A DNA stretch of 64,000 nt from Candidatus Latescibacterota bacterium (GTDB lineage Bacteria; Latescibacterota; UBA2968; UBA8231), in assembly GCA_965261395.1 (NCBI GenBank), contig OZ253462.1, positions 3,584,001 to 3,648,000 on the forward strand, given 5' to 3'. Below are positions 36,155-46,018 of the stretch, piece after piece. The notes beneath the pieces are model-generated. The model was not told the DNA's origin and searched no databases. It worked only from the letters and a program-made list of their open reading frames with translations. Positions within the stretch are counted from its first letter, which is position 1; each line of letters begins with the position of its first letter. Position numbers and translations under genes: made by a program.

Positions 36155-37024
36155 CTACCATTCATCGGGATCTACGCTTTCGCAATCGGCTTGGATCGCT
36201 TCAGCCATCTTGTCCAAGTCTTCTCTATCTATTGTTCCTGCAAAGCGCAGCAGAGTCTTGCCGGACGCGCCTTCCATCTCGGACTTTGCTAACGAACGAA
36301 CGAATTCCAGGACCTCCGCTTGTTGGCCTTTTCCCAATTTATGGATCTCATCAAGAATTTCTTTTTCTATAGACGTATCTTTCATTTTCAGCCCGTGTTC
36401 ACGAGTTATACATGGCTGATCGGGCGATAGACGCGGGTTTTGTCCGATCCATGCGCTCACGAGTTCTGCAATCCTCGCTGGCATCAGGACGCGCAACCCA
36501 ACGAACTCGTCGAGGTCAGCAGGAGAGAGCTTGCTCGCAATCGCGCCGAGGTTCTCTTCAATCTCTCCCAACCAAGCGAGGGCGCGAATCGCATCGCCGG
36601 CTGGCCGGTGCGGTGCTACCAACTGCCAGCGCGGGGCATGGCGCAAATGCACTGTCAGGGCACCGAGTTTCAACCGACGACTGGGGCCAGAGGTCAGGTA
36701 CACCGACCGCACCGGCGTCTGAGTAGTGAGACCGAGGAAGTTCGCCGCCGCACCGCCACAGGGAACAATGGTCTCCCCCCACAGTTCCGCCAGCGCTTCA
36801 ATGACCTTCTCAACCGCGGGTGGGCGCAGACCGAAGCGAGTCTCTATAGGCCGGACATAGACGCCCTGACAGACCCGCATTAATTGTCCACGACGTGCGA
36901 GGCGCGACAGTGCTTGATCGACTGTCGCTCTGCTTCCGAGATGGAGCAACGCCCTTGGGCACAATAGCGATCCCTCGGGCAGTTCGGCGGCGCGTTGGGC
37001 GATGTGCTGAGATAGGCTTGGCAT
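36155..37024 (-). CDS. DUF6088/AbiEi-like type IV antitoxin, in frame with a 76-aa VapB/DUF2281-like antitoxin (36155..36385)
   Basis: GSRATVDQALSRLARRGQLMRVCQGVY, AANFLGLTTQTP..VYLTSGPSR; then MKDTSIEKEILDEIHKL...QAEVLEFVRSL...VDPDEW with no intervening stop. Confidence 0.75.
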   Translation of the reverse strand: MPSLSQHIAQRAAELPEGSLLCPRALLHLGSRATVDQALSRLARRGQLMRVCQGVYVRPIETRFGLRPPAVEKVIEALAELWGETIVPCGGAAANFLGLTTQTPVRSVYLTSGPSRRLKLGALTVHLRHAPRWQLVAPHRPAGDAIRALAWLGEIEENLGAIASKLSPADLDEFVGLRVLMPARIAELVSAWIGQNPRLSPDQPCITREHGLKMKDTSIEKEILDEIHKLGKGQQAEVLEFVRSLAKSEMEGASGKTLLRFAGTIDREDLDKMAEAIQADCESVDPDEW

Positions 37025-37085
37025 GGTCGTATCCATCGGTATAATGTCAGAAATATAGCGTAGAAACTGACTTAAACAAGGAGAG

Positions 37086-37128
37086 GATTGACATATTGCA
37101 ACGAGGATATGCCTTTCGCCCGGCAGCA

Positions 37129-37140
<12 letters not shown>
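37086..37140. repeat. Right copy of 55-bp island-bounding repeat (includes rlmI stop codon)
   Basis: 45/55 identical to 30693-30747; minus-strand TTGATG-17-TATCCT. Confidence 0.8.
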
Positions 37141-38340
<1,200 letters not shown>

Positions 38341-38361
38341 TTTCCGCGATGGCTCCGCGCC

Positions 38362-39087
38362 CTAATCCCAGCTCGGGATCGGGGTCTGAAGCGGATCGTC
38401 GATCCAGAGAAAGCGCCCGTTGACGTTGCTCTCGATGATGTCGATCACGAGCTGGGCCGCCTTCTCCGGCGGATCCCCACCCGTTTGCTCCACCCATGCC
38501 ACCCAGTCGTGGTAGCCGCTCTCGCTGCCGGTGCCCATCTTGTCGCGGATATCCGCCCACATCGCGGTCTTAACGTCGCCGGGATGGATGACGTTCGCCG
38601 TGACGCCCGTCCCCTCCAGCTCGGCGGCAAGGTGGCGGGTGAACTGGTTGAGAGCGACCTTCGCAGTGCCGTAGGCGCTGTTCAGCCGCCCGGGTGTGTG
38701 CAGCGACGCCGCAGACGAAAGGCTCACGATCCGGCCCCATCCTGCGTCCAGCATTCCGTCCAAGAACGCGCGGGATACGAGATAGGGCCCCACCGCATCA
38801 ATCATGAGCGTTTCGACCCATTCCTCGGGTTCGCTGTCCTTTATGAGGGCGATCGGGCCGAAGACCCCGGCGGCATTGACGAGAACGGTGGGCCGGCCGA
38901 GCTCGGCTTCGACCGCGGTTTTGAGGCGGTCAACATCGGCCGGGTCCGAGACGTCCGCCGTGAATCGCGCCGCGCGGCGCGCGACGGTTGCGACGGCAAG
39001 GCCGCGCGCCTCCAGCGCATCTGCGATTGCCCGTCCGACGCCGCGGCTGGCTCCGGTGACGACCGCGACGTGCCCCTCGAGGTTCAT
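38362..39087 (-). CDS. Short-chain dehydrogenase/reductase
   Basis: TGASRGVG, VNAAG, YGTAK. Confidence 0.9.
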   Translation of the reverse strand: MNLEGHVAVVTGASRGVGRAIADALEARGLAVATVARRAARFTADVSDPADVDRLKTAVEAELGRPTVLVNAAGVFGPIALIKDSEPEEWVETLMIDAVGPYLVSRAFLDGMLDAGWGRIVSLSSAASLHTPGRLNSAYGTAKVALNQFTRHLAAELEGTGVTANVIHPGDVKTAMWADIRDKMGTGSESGYHDWVAWVEQTGGDPPEKAAQLVIDIIESNVNGRFLWIDDPLQTPIPSWD

Positions 39088-39089
39088 GG

Positions 39090-39890
39090 TCAGGCCTCGG
39101 CGGGCACGATGGGATTGTGCGAGTCACTTAGGCGCTTCCGCTCACTGCCCCAGTTGCCGGCGCTGCCGTTCCAGTAGCGGGTGTCGGCGGGGCTGTACGA
39201 GAAGAGGTAGGACCAGCGCGGCTTGTCGGTGGTGTTGTCCGGGCCCCCGTGGACGGTGTATCCGTGATGCACGGTGCAGTCTCCCGGCTGGTAGTGGAAG
39301 GGCGGCGAGAGCTCCAGCACGGACGTCAGATTCGGGAACTGCTTGAGCAGGTCGCCTTGGTCGTCCTTGAACACCGAACCCAGCGGTCCTTCGCGATGGG
39401 AGCGGCTGACGAACCGCATGGCACCCATCTCGGGTGTGACTTCCGCCAGCGCCAGCCAGAACTGGAGCTCGCCGACCCGGTCGGAGCCATGCTCGGACGA
39501 GTCCTGGTGATAGGTGGACCCGGCTGCTCCGGGGAGCTTGTTTAGGAGGAGATCCACGCGATAGCGGAGCGGAACGTCCACGCCCTTGAGCCGCTTCCTG
39601 TTCACGAGGCGCGTCGCGTTTTGTGCCATGCGCTCGCTGAACATGAATGAACGAAACGGCTCGGTCTCTTGATTCCGAGCCAAGTCGGCGACCGGCTTGC
39701 CGGGGCCAATCTCCTGACTGTTGCGATCGGCCCACTCCCGTCCGACGCGCAGGAGCTGTGCGGCGAAGTCCGGGGCGACGAGCCGCGGCATCATAACCCA
39801 GCCGTATTCGTGGTAGAAGGCCACCTCCTCGTCTGTGACCTCCCGGAGGACGGCCTCGATCTCGTGCTCTGTCATTGCCTGTCCCATCAC
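39090..39890 (-). CDS. PhyH-family dioxygenase
   Basis: FYHEYGW, YHQD, FWLAL.EVTPEMGAMRF, VHGG..N....R. Confidence 0.88.
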   Translation of the reverse strand: MMGQAMTEHEIEAVLREVTDEEVAFYHEYGWVMMPRLVAPDFAAQLLRVGREWADRNSQEIGPGKPVADLARNQETEPFRSFMFSERMAQNATRLVNRKRLKGVDVPLRYRVDLLLNKLPGAAGSTYHQDSSEHGSDRVGELQFWLALAEVTPEMGAMRFVSRSHREGPLGSVFKDDQGDLLKQFPNLTSVLELSPPFHYQPGDCTVHHGYTVHGGPDNTTDKPRWSYLFSYSPADTRYWNGSAGNWGSERKRLSDSHNPIVPAEA

Positions 39891-39913
39891 TCGTGCTCCT
39901 ATTGCGTTACGCC

Positions 39914-39996
39914 GCTCTCCGCCGCGACAGCGCGTACGGACGCGTACGGATCGGAAGGATAAGAAGCCTTTATGGACGCGTTGTCAAGGGGCCGTA
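39914..39996 (-). promoter_or_regulatory. Duplicated promoter/leader element, copy 1 (20-bp spacer)
   Basis: Near-identical to 42110-42182; minus strand TTGACA(39987-39982)-20-TATCCT(39961-39956). Confidence 0.6.
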
Positions 39997-40004
39997 GCTG
40001 GGGT

Positions 40005-40712
40005 TCATGGTCGGGCCTCCGTCAGCGCGGAACAGGCCTGGACGAACTCCGCCGACGTGGAGGTGTAGCCCACCACGTGCTCGAAGTTCCGCAGCATGAT
40101 CTTGCGCAGCCACCCCCCTTCCGGCAGGCTGTCGTCCACCGTATCGGGGTACTCGGCCGACAGGGTGCAGTCCCGCAACATCACCACCCGGTAGTTGTGT
40201 TCCACCGCGCCGGCACAGGTGAAGTAGAGGCAGGACCGCTGCGAGAATCCCACGGCGATCAGGGTCTTGATGCCGTGGCAGCGCAGGTGATAGTCGGTGT
40301 GGGTCTCGTGAAACCCCGACCACTCTCGCTTGGGAAAGTCCGGCTCGTGGGCGAGGGGCTGAATCGACGGCGAGTAGTTCGGCTGCAACGGTCTGCGCTC
40401 CGGTGCTGGGCGGTCGGCGGCATCTTCGCTGCCCCAGCGGGTGCCGTGGATCTCGCGCTTGATACTGCCCGGTTCGTCACACAGAGAGAAGTCGTTGTGG
40501 ATGAAGAACACGTGCATGCCGACGGCGCGGGCGGACTTCAGCGCTGGCGCAATCCCCTCCTCGACGCAGGGATTCCCCCCGCCGCAGTCCGAATCCACGA
40601 CCATGAAGGCGGTGGTCTCCAATGGCAGGTCGAGGTCGTCGAAACGCTCTCCGTTGGGATTGTCGGGGCCATAGCCGGAATACCATCTCACTGGAAGTTG
40701 TATCGTCGCCAT
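40005..40712 (-). CDS. Isochorismatase-family cysteine hydrolase
   Basis: TAFMVVD, FPK..WSGF..T, GIKTLIAVG....C. Confidence 0.85.
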   Translation of the reverse strand: MATIQLPVRWYSGYGPDNPNGERFDDLDLPLETTAFMVVDSDCGGGNPCVEEGIAPALKSARAVGMHVFFIHNDFSLCDEPGSIKREIHGTRWGSEDAADRPAPERRPLQPNYSPSIQPLAHEPDFPKREWSGFHETHTDYHLRCHGIKTLIAVGFSQRSCLYFTCAGAVEHNYRVVMLRDCTLSAEYPDTVDDSLPEGGWLRKIMLRNFEHVVGYTSTSAEFVQACSALTEARP

Positions 40713-40775
40713 CTTTGCATCTCCTTGTTCAGGGGTGGCTCAAAGGAATCTACGCAGCCGGCGCTGATCAGCCGA

Positions 40776-42098
40776 TCAGACTTGGTCGAGTGCGTCCTTG
40801 AGGCTTTTCTCGACGAGGTCGAAGAGCTCGTCAACCTGGGGCTCGTCGATGATGAGGGCGGGCACGACGGCGAACCAGCTCGGATCAACCCGCAGGATGA
40901 CTCCGTTCTGCAGAGCCGTCTTCTTGAGCGCCTTGCCCAGCTCCGGGAACGGCTCGAGGCTTGACGTATCCTTCACCAGCTCAACCCCCCTCAGCAACCC
41001 CTTGCCCCGCACCTCCCGCACGACGCCGAGCGATTTCAGGCCTTCGAGCTTGGCGGCGAGGTAGTCGCCCATCTCGCGGGCATGGGCATCGAGGCCGCTC
41101 TCCACGATCTCGTCTACCACGGCGATGCCGACCGCGCAGGCCAGTGGATGGCCAGCGTAGGTGTGACCGTGGGCGAAGTTCTCGCCGGGCTCGTAGAAGT
41201 GCTCCCCCATCCCCTCGCGAGCCATCAGCGCTCCGAGGGGAATGGCGCCACTCGACAGCCCTTTGCTGCCGCAGATGATGTCCGGCGTCACCCCGAAGGT
41301 GTGGGCGGCAAACATCGCTCCCGTGCGACCGAAGCCGGTGATGATCTCGTCGTAGATGAGCACGACGTTGTGGCGGTCGCAAGTGTCGCGGATGATCTGG
41401 AAGTACTCGTCCGTGGGCGTGATGATACCCCCAGTGTTCGACACCGGTTCGAGGATGATGCCGGCCACTGTCTCTGGATCTTCACTGATGATGACGTCCT
41501 CGAACTGCTGCGCCGCGAATCGGTTCGCCTCATCCCAGTCGCCGAAGCGATCGCGGTAGTGAGTTGGGGGGAATACTTTGAGGAAACCCGGCGGGGCCGG
41601 CTCGAATGGGGTTTTGCGCTCTCCGGTACCGCTGGCCGCCATGGCTCCCATGGTGGCACCGTGGTAGGCCTGGTAGCGGCTGATGAACTTGTACTTGTGC
41701 GGATGGCCCGACTGCTTGAAATACTGGCGCGTGAACTTGATCGCCGCCTCCATAGACTCCGAGCCGCCGCTGAAAGCTTTCACGTAGTTGAGGTCGCCGG
41801 GCGTGACGCTGCCGATCTTCTCGACGAAGTCGAGCGTCACGTCGGCAGTGCCGTGCATGGGTGGCGCGAAGGCGAGCTTGTCCCATTGGGCCCGCATGGC
41901 CTCTTCGATGCGCGGATGACGGTGGCCGAGCAGGGTTGAGTAGATACCGCTGATGCCGTCGAAGTAGCGTTTCCCGTCCGTGTCCCAGTAGTAGAGCCCT
42001 TCCGCTCGCGACACGATGAGTGGATTGTTCATGAACTCGGCCGTCGACTGGTAGTCGAGGAAGGTTCTTCTGAGCAGCTTCTCCTGTCGCGCGTTCAC
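40776..42098 (-). CDS. Class III PLP-dependent aminotransferase
   Basis: SGGSES, YHG.T, ILEP, DEIITGFGRTG, SKG, HGHTYAGHP. Confidence 0.93.
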   Translation of the reverse strand: MNARQEKLLRRTFLDYQSTAEFMNNPLIVSRAEGLYYWDTDGKRYFDGISGIYSTLLGHRHPRIEEAMRAQWDKLAFAPPMHGTADVTLDFVEKIGSVTPGDLNYVKAFSGGSESMEAAIKFTRQYFKQSGHPHKYKFISRYQAYHGATMGAMAASGTGERKTPFEPAPPGFLKVFPPTHYRDRFGDWDEANRFAAQQFEDVIISEDPETVAGIILEPVSNTGGIITPTDEYFQIIRDTCDRHNVVLIYDEIITGFGRTGAMFAAHTFGVTPDIICGSKGLSSGAIPLGALMAREGMGEHFYEPGENFAHGHTYAGHPLACAVGIAVVDEIVESGLDAHAREMGDYLAAKLEGLKSLGVVREVRGKGLLRGVELVKDTSSLEPFPELGKALKKTALQNGVILRVDPSWFAVVPALIIDEPQVDELFDLVEKSLKDALDQV

Positions 42099-42109
42099 GT
42101 TTATCGCTC

Positions 42110-42217
42110 CCTCTCCGCCGCGACAGCGCGGGCGGATCGGAACGATAAGAAGCCTTTATGTAGGCGTTGTCAAGGGGCCGTATTGACAACGTATTGGTAA
42201 GGGCACTTTATCGTTCC
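42110..42217. promoter_or_regulatory. Divergent pair of 20-bp-spacer promoter-like motifs
   Basis: Minus: TTGACA(42173-42168)-20-TATCGT(42147-42142); plus: TTGACA(42183)-20-TATCGT(42209). Confidence 0.6.
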
Positions 42218-42271
42218 TAATCCGCACCACGTGGATGGAGGCGCGAGGGTTGAGACACTAAAGGGGGAACG

Positions 42272-43417
42272 ATGAACCAGAAGAGTGATCCAGAACCGAC
42301 AGCGGAGGCCGTCCCGATCCAGGGTTTCGAGAGGGCAGTTACCGACTACGAGGCGTCGAAGACTTGGCAGCCCGTGTCCGACCGCGTGATTCGCGTAGGT
42401 ATCGCCGGGTATGGCGTGTGCAATTTCGGTGCGGCCTTCCATTTCCAGGACCACCCGAATGTGACCGTTGCCGCGGTTGCCGAATTGGACCCCGACAAGC
42501 GAGCCGAACTGGCCAGAGCATGCCGCTGTGCGACCGCTTATTCCTCGTGCGAAGACTTGATCGAGGACGACTCGCTCGAGGCCGTTTTCGTTGCCACCGA
42601 CGCCCCGAGCCATGCCCGGCTGGCCATTGCCGCGCTCAAAGCCGGCAAACATGTTGCATCGGCCGTGCCCGCCGCGTGGGGATCACTGGAGGATGCGGAT
42701 GCGCTTTTCGCCGCTGCCAAGACGGCCGACCGCAGCTACATGATGTTCGAAACCTCGTACTTCCACGAAGATCTCTATAACATGCGGGAGTTGTACCGAA
42801 CTGGCGCGCTGGGAAAAGTCGTCTATGCAGAGGGTGAATACTGGCACTACTTCCCGACGCCGCTGGCCGCGCACGGGGGCTGGCGCACCGGGCATCCCCC
42901 GCAGTGGTATCCCACGCACTCCAATGCCTACTACATGGGCGTCACCGGCGGGAGCTTCACCGAGGTCTCCTGCATGGGCATGCCCAGCAGCGTCGATCAT
43001 CTGAAGGCTGCAAACAACCGCTACGGCAACCCGTTTGGCACTGAAATCGCGCTATTTCGCACCAGCGACGGCGGCATGGCCCGGATGGCGGTTAGCTGGG
43101 ACACGCCGGGTGTCGGCGGGGAGACGGGTCGGATTCGCACGGAGAAGGGGACCTTCTACGGCAAGTTCCAGAATGACGGGCAGGATCCTGTGCCGGCAAC
43201 ATTCAAGCGCCCACCTCTTCCTCCGAGGGTGGAGGCCGGCGCGCACGGTGGCTCCCACGGCTACCTGATGTGCGAGTTCGTCGAGGCGATCCTGCTGGAC
43301 CGCACGCCCCTCGTCGATGTGGCCCAAGCACTTAACATGACGGTCAGCGGCATCGTCGCTCACGAGTCGGCGCTGAAGGACGGCGAACTGCTGAAGATCC
43401 CGCAGTACACTCTGTAG
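42272..43417 (+). CDS. Gfo/Idh/MocA family oxidoreductase
   Basis: IRVGIAGYG, AVFVATDAPSH, GKHVASAVP, YPTH, GAHGGSH. Confidence 0.9.
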   Translation: MNQKSDPEPTAEAVPIQGFERAVTDYEASKTWQPVSDRVIRVGIAGYGVCNFGAAFHFQDHPNVTVAAVAELDPDKRAELARACRCATAYSSCEDLIEDDSLEAVFVATDAPSHARLAIAALKAGKHVASAVPAAWGSLEDADALFAAAKTADRSYMMFETSYFHEDLYNMRELYRTGALGKVVYAEGEYWHYFPTPLAAHGGWRTGHPPQWYPTHSNAYYMGVTGGSFTEVSCMGMPSSVDHLKAANNRYGNPFGTEIALFRTSDGGMARMAVSWDTPGVGGETGRIRTEKGTFYGKFQNDGQDPVPATFKRPPLPPRVEAGAHGGSHGYLMCEFVEAILLDRTPLVDVAQALNMTVSGIVAHESALKDGELLKIPQYTL

Positions 43418-43464
43418 GCCCCATCGCGTTAGATCTGCAAGAAATAGTCGTCGCTTCTGGCTGA

Positions 43465-45978
43465 TTACTTGAGGTAGAGCAATCGCCGCGTCTGTGCTCC
43501 GTCGGGGTGGCGCAGGCGGGTGAGATAGACGCCGGCTGCCAACGGAGCGCCCCGCTGGTCGCGGGCGTCCCAGCGGACTTGGTAGAAGCCGGCGAGCTGG
43601 AACTGGTTTACCAGCGTGCGCACGGGCTGGCCCAAGACGTTGTAGATTTCCAGCCGCACCAGGCCGGGAGTGGCAAGGCGGTAGGCGATCTGAGTGCTGG
43701 CGTTGAAGGGGTTGGGGAAGTTGGGGTCTAGGCCGCTGGTGATCGGAATCGCCGGCGTGGTGACCTCCACGGCTGTTGCTACGCCGGACAGGTGAAGAGG
43801 CAAGTCGGCGGATTTGACGAGTGTGTAGCCGCTATGGCTTGAGGGCAGCCTCGGCAACGGTCCGATATCAACAGTGGCGGCGTCAATGGTACTGGCCGTG
43901 CGAGCAACGGTGAGAGTACCGCTTATTCCGCGTCCGGTGGGAATCGTGACGTGGCTTGCCCCACCGACGAGGCTGCCGTTTATAACTTGGACCGGAAGGA
44001 CAATATCAAAGGGCGCGCCGGTGTGAGCCCTAGCTCTGAACCCGGTTTCCCCAACCAATTCCAGTGAGATAGTAATGGGCAGGAGATCGACTTGGTTACC
44101 GTCTAGGCTGAGCACTTCCAGTGTTAGTCCATCAAAGACGCCCGCTTCCAACGTCGTTAAGTCGTTGTCAAACAGGTAAAGCGTTGTCAGCGCGTTTAGT
44201 CCATCAAAGACGCCTGCTTCCAACGTCGTTAAGTCGTTGTCAAACAGCCAGAGCGTTGTCAGATTGTTTAGTCCGTCAAAGACGCCTGCTTCCAACGTCG
44301 TTAAGCCGTTGTGAGACAGTCTGAGCGTCGTCAGATTGTTTAGTCCGTCAAAGACGCCCACTTCCAACGCCGTTAAATCGTTTTCTTCCAGGTAAAGCGT
44401 CGTCAGCGCGTTTAGTTCGCCAAAGACGCCGACTTCCAACGCCGTTAAACCGTTGCCTTCTAAGTCGAGCAATTATAGAGCTTTTAGCTCGTCAAAGACG
44501 CCCGCTCTCAACGTCGCTAAACCGTTATAAGACAGGTAAAGCGTCGTCAGATCGCTTAGTCCATCAAAGACGCCTGCTTCCAACGTCGTTAAGCCGTTGT
44601 AATATAGGCCGAGCGTCGTCAGATTGTTTAGTCCGTCAAAGACGCCCACTTCCAACGCCGTTAAATCGTTGTGAGACAGTCTGAGCGTTGTCAGATTGTT
44701 TAGTCCGTCAAAGACACCCGCTTCCAACGTCGTTAAATCGTTGCCTTCTAAGTCGAGCAATTCTAGAGCTTTTAGCTCGTCAAAGACGCCCGCTCTCAAC
44801 GTCGTTAAGTCGTTGTAAGACAGTCTGAGCGTCGTCAGATTGTTTAGTCCATCAAAGACACCCGCTTCCAACGTCGTTAAATCGTTGCCTTCCAAGTTGA
44901 GCGTCGTCAGATTGTTTAGTCCATCAAAGACACCCGCTTCCAACGTCGTTAAACCGTTGTCAAACAGGTCGAGCGATCCCAGATTGTTTAGTCCATCAAA
45001 GACACCCGCTTCCAACATCGTTAAACCGTTGAGATACAGGCTGAGGGCTGTTAGTGTCTTCAGTCCATCAAAGACGCCCGCTTCCAACGTCGTTAAACCA
45101 TTGCCTCCTAGGTTAAGCGACTCTAGGGCGTTTAGTCCATCAAAGACACCAGCTTCTAAGGTCGTTAAACTATTATACAGGTCGAGTGTAGTCAGAGCGC
45201 TTAGTCCGTCAAAGACTCCCACTTCTAAGGTCGTTAAACTGTTGTTGTGCAGGCTGAGTGTGGTCAGAGCGCTTAGTCCATCAAAGACACCCGCTTCCAA
45301 CGTCGTTAAACCATTGAGATACAGGCTGAGCGTAGTCAGGGCGTTTAGTCCATCAAAGACGCCCGCTTCCAGCGTCGTTAAATCGTTGTTGTGCAGGCTG
45401 AGTGTGGTCAGAGCGTTTAGTTCATCAAAGACGCCCGCTTCCAACGTCGTTAAACCATTTTCTTCTAGGTCGAGCGTAGTCAGGGCGTTTAGTTCATCAA
45501 AGACGCCCGCTTCCAACGTCGTTAAATCGTTGTAGGACAGGCCGAGCGTAGTCAGGGCGTTTAGTTCATCAAAGACGCCCGCTTCCAACGTCGTTAAATC
45601 GTTGTAAGACAGTCCAAGCGAGTCCAATGCTATCAGTCCATCAAAGACGCCCGCTTCCAACGTCGTTAAATCGTTGATAAGCAGATCGAGCGTTGTCAGC
45701 GCCGTCAGCCCGGAAAAGTCGCCGATTTTCAGTGCTGCGATACCGGCTCTTCTAAGATTGAGCTCACTAATCGCTGTTAGGTGCGCCTCCGTCACAGCAC
45801 CGCAGTCGCTTACACCCGCTTGCTGTACAATCGCGTCGCGCACTTGCGTGGTGCGGTCGCAGACGGGAGTGATTTGTGCACTTGCTGGCTCGGCAGCGAT
45901 CAGCAGCAGCATGCCTGGGGTTGCTGTCAGGAGGAGGGATGCGGCGCGAGATTGGGTCCATAGAGATGAGAGCGACAT
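43465..45978 (-). pseudogene. Secreted LRR protein (~23 x 24-aa repeats + FlgD-Ig/CTD-like tail) interrupted by one in-frame TAA at 44473-44475
   Basis: ORFs 44473..46161 and 43465..44472 abut in one frame; the sister repeat has GAA (KALELLDLEGN) where this one has TAA; SD AAGGAG before ATG 45978; tail PNFPNPFNAST...WDARD. Confidence 0.85.
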
Positions 45979-46018
45979 AGGAGACTCCTTCAGGTAAAGG
46001 TATGGCGCAATTTGCTCG

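Larger units (their letters stand above)
31699..36155. mobile_element. IS1-family cargo-carrying transposon (4457 bp including nested IS)
   Basis: Perfect 21-bp TIRs GGTAGTGTCGCAGTTTGAAAT (31699-31719; 36135-36155); 8-bp TSD TACCATTC (31691-31698; 36156-36163); IS1-type transposase at right end. Confidence 0.93.

Noticed and set aside
44100-45700. 72-bp periodic repeats resembling a CRISPR array
   Set aside because: The period is a multiple of 3 and the repeats translate as LRRs in one frame; no unique spacers or cas genes.
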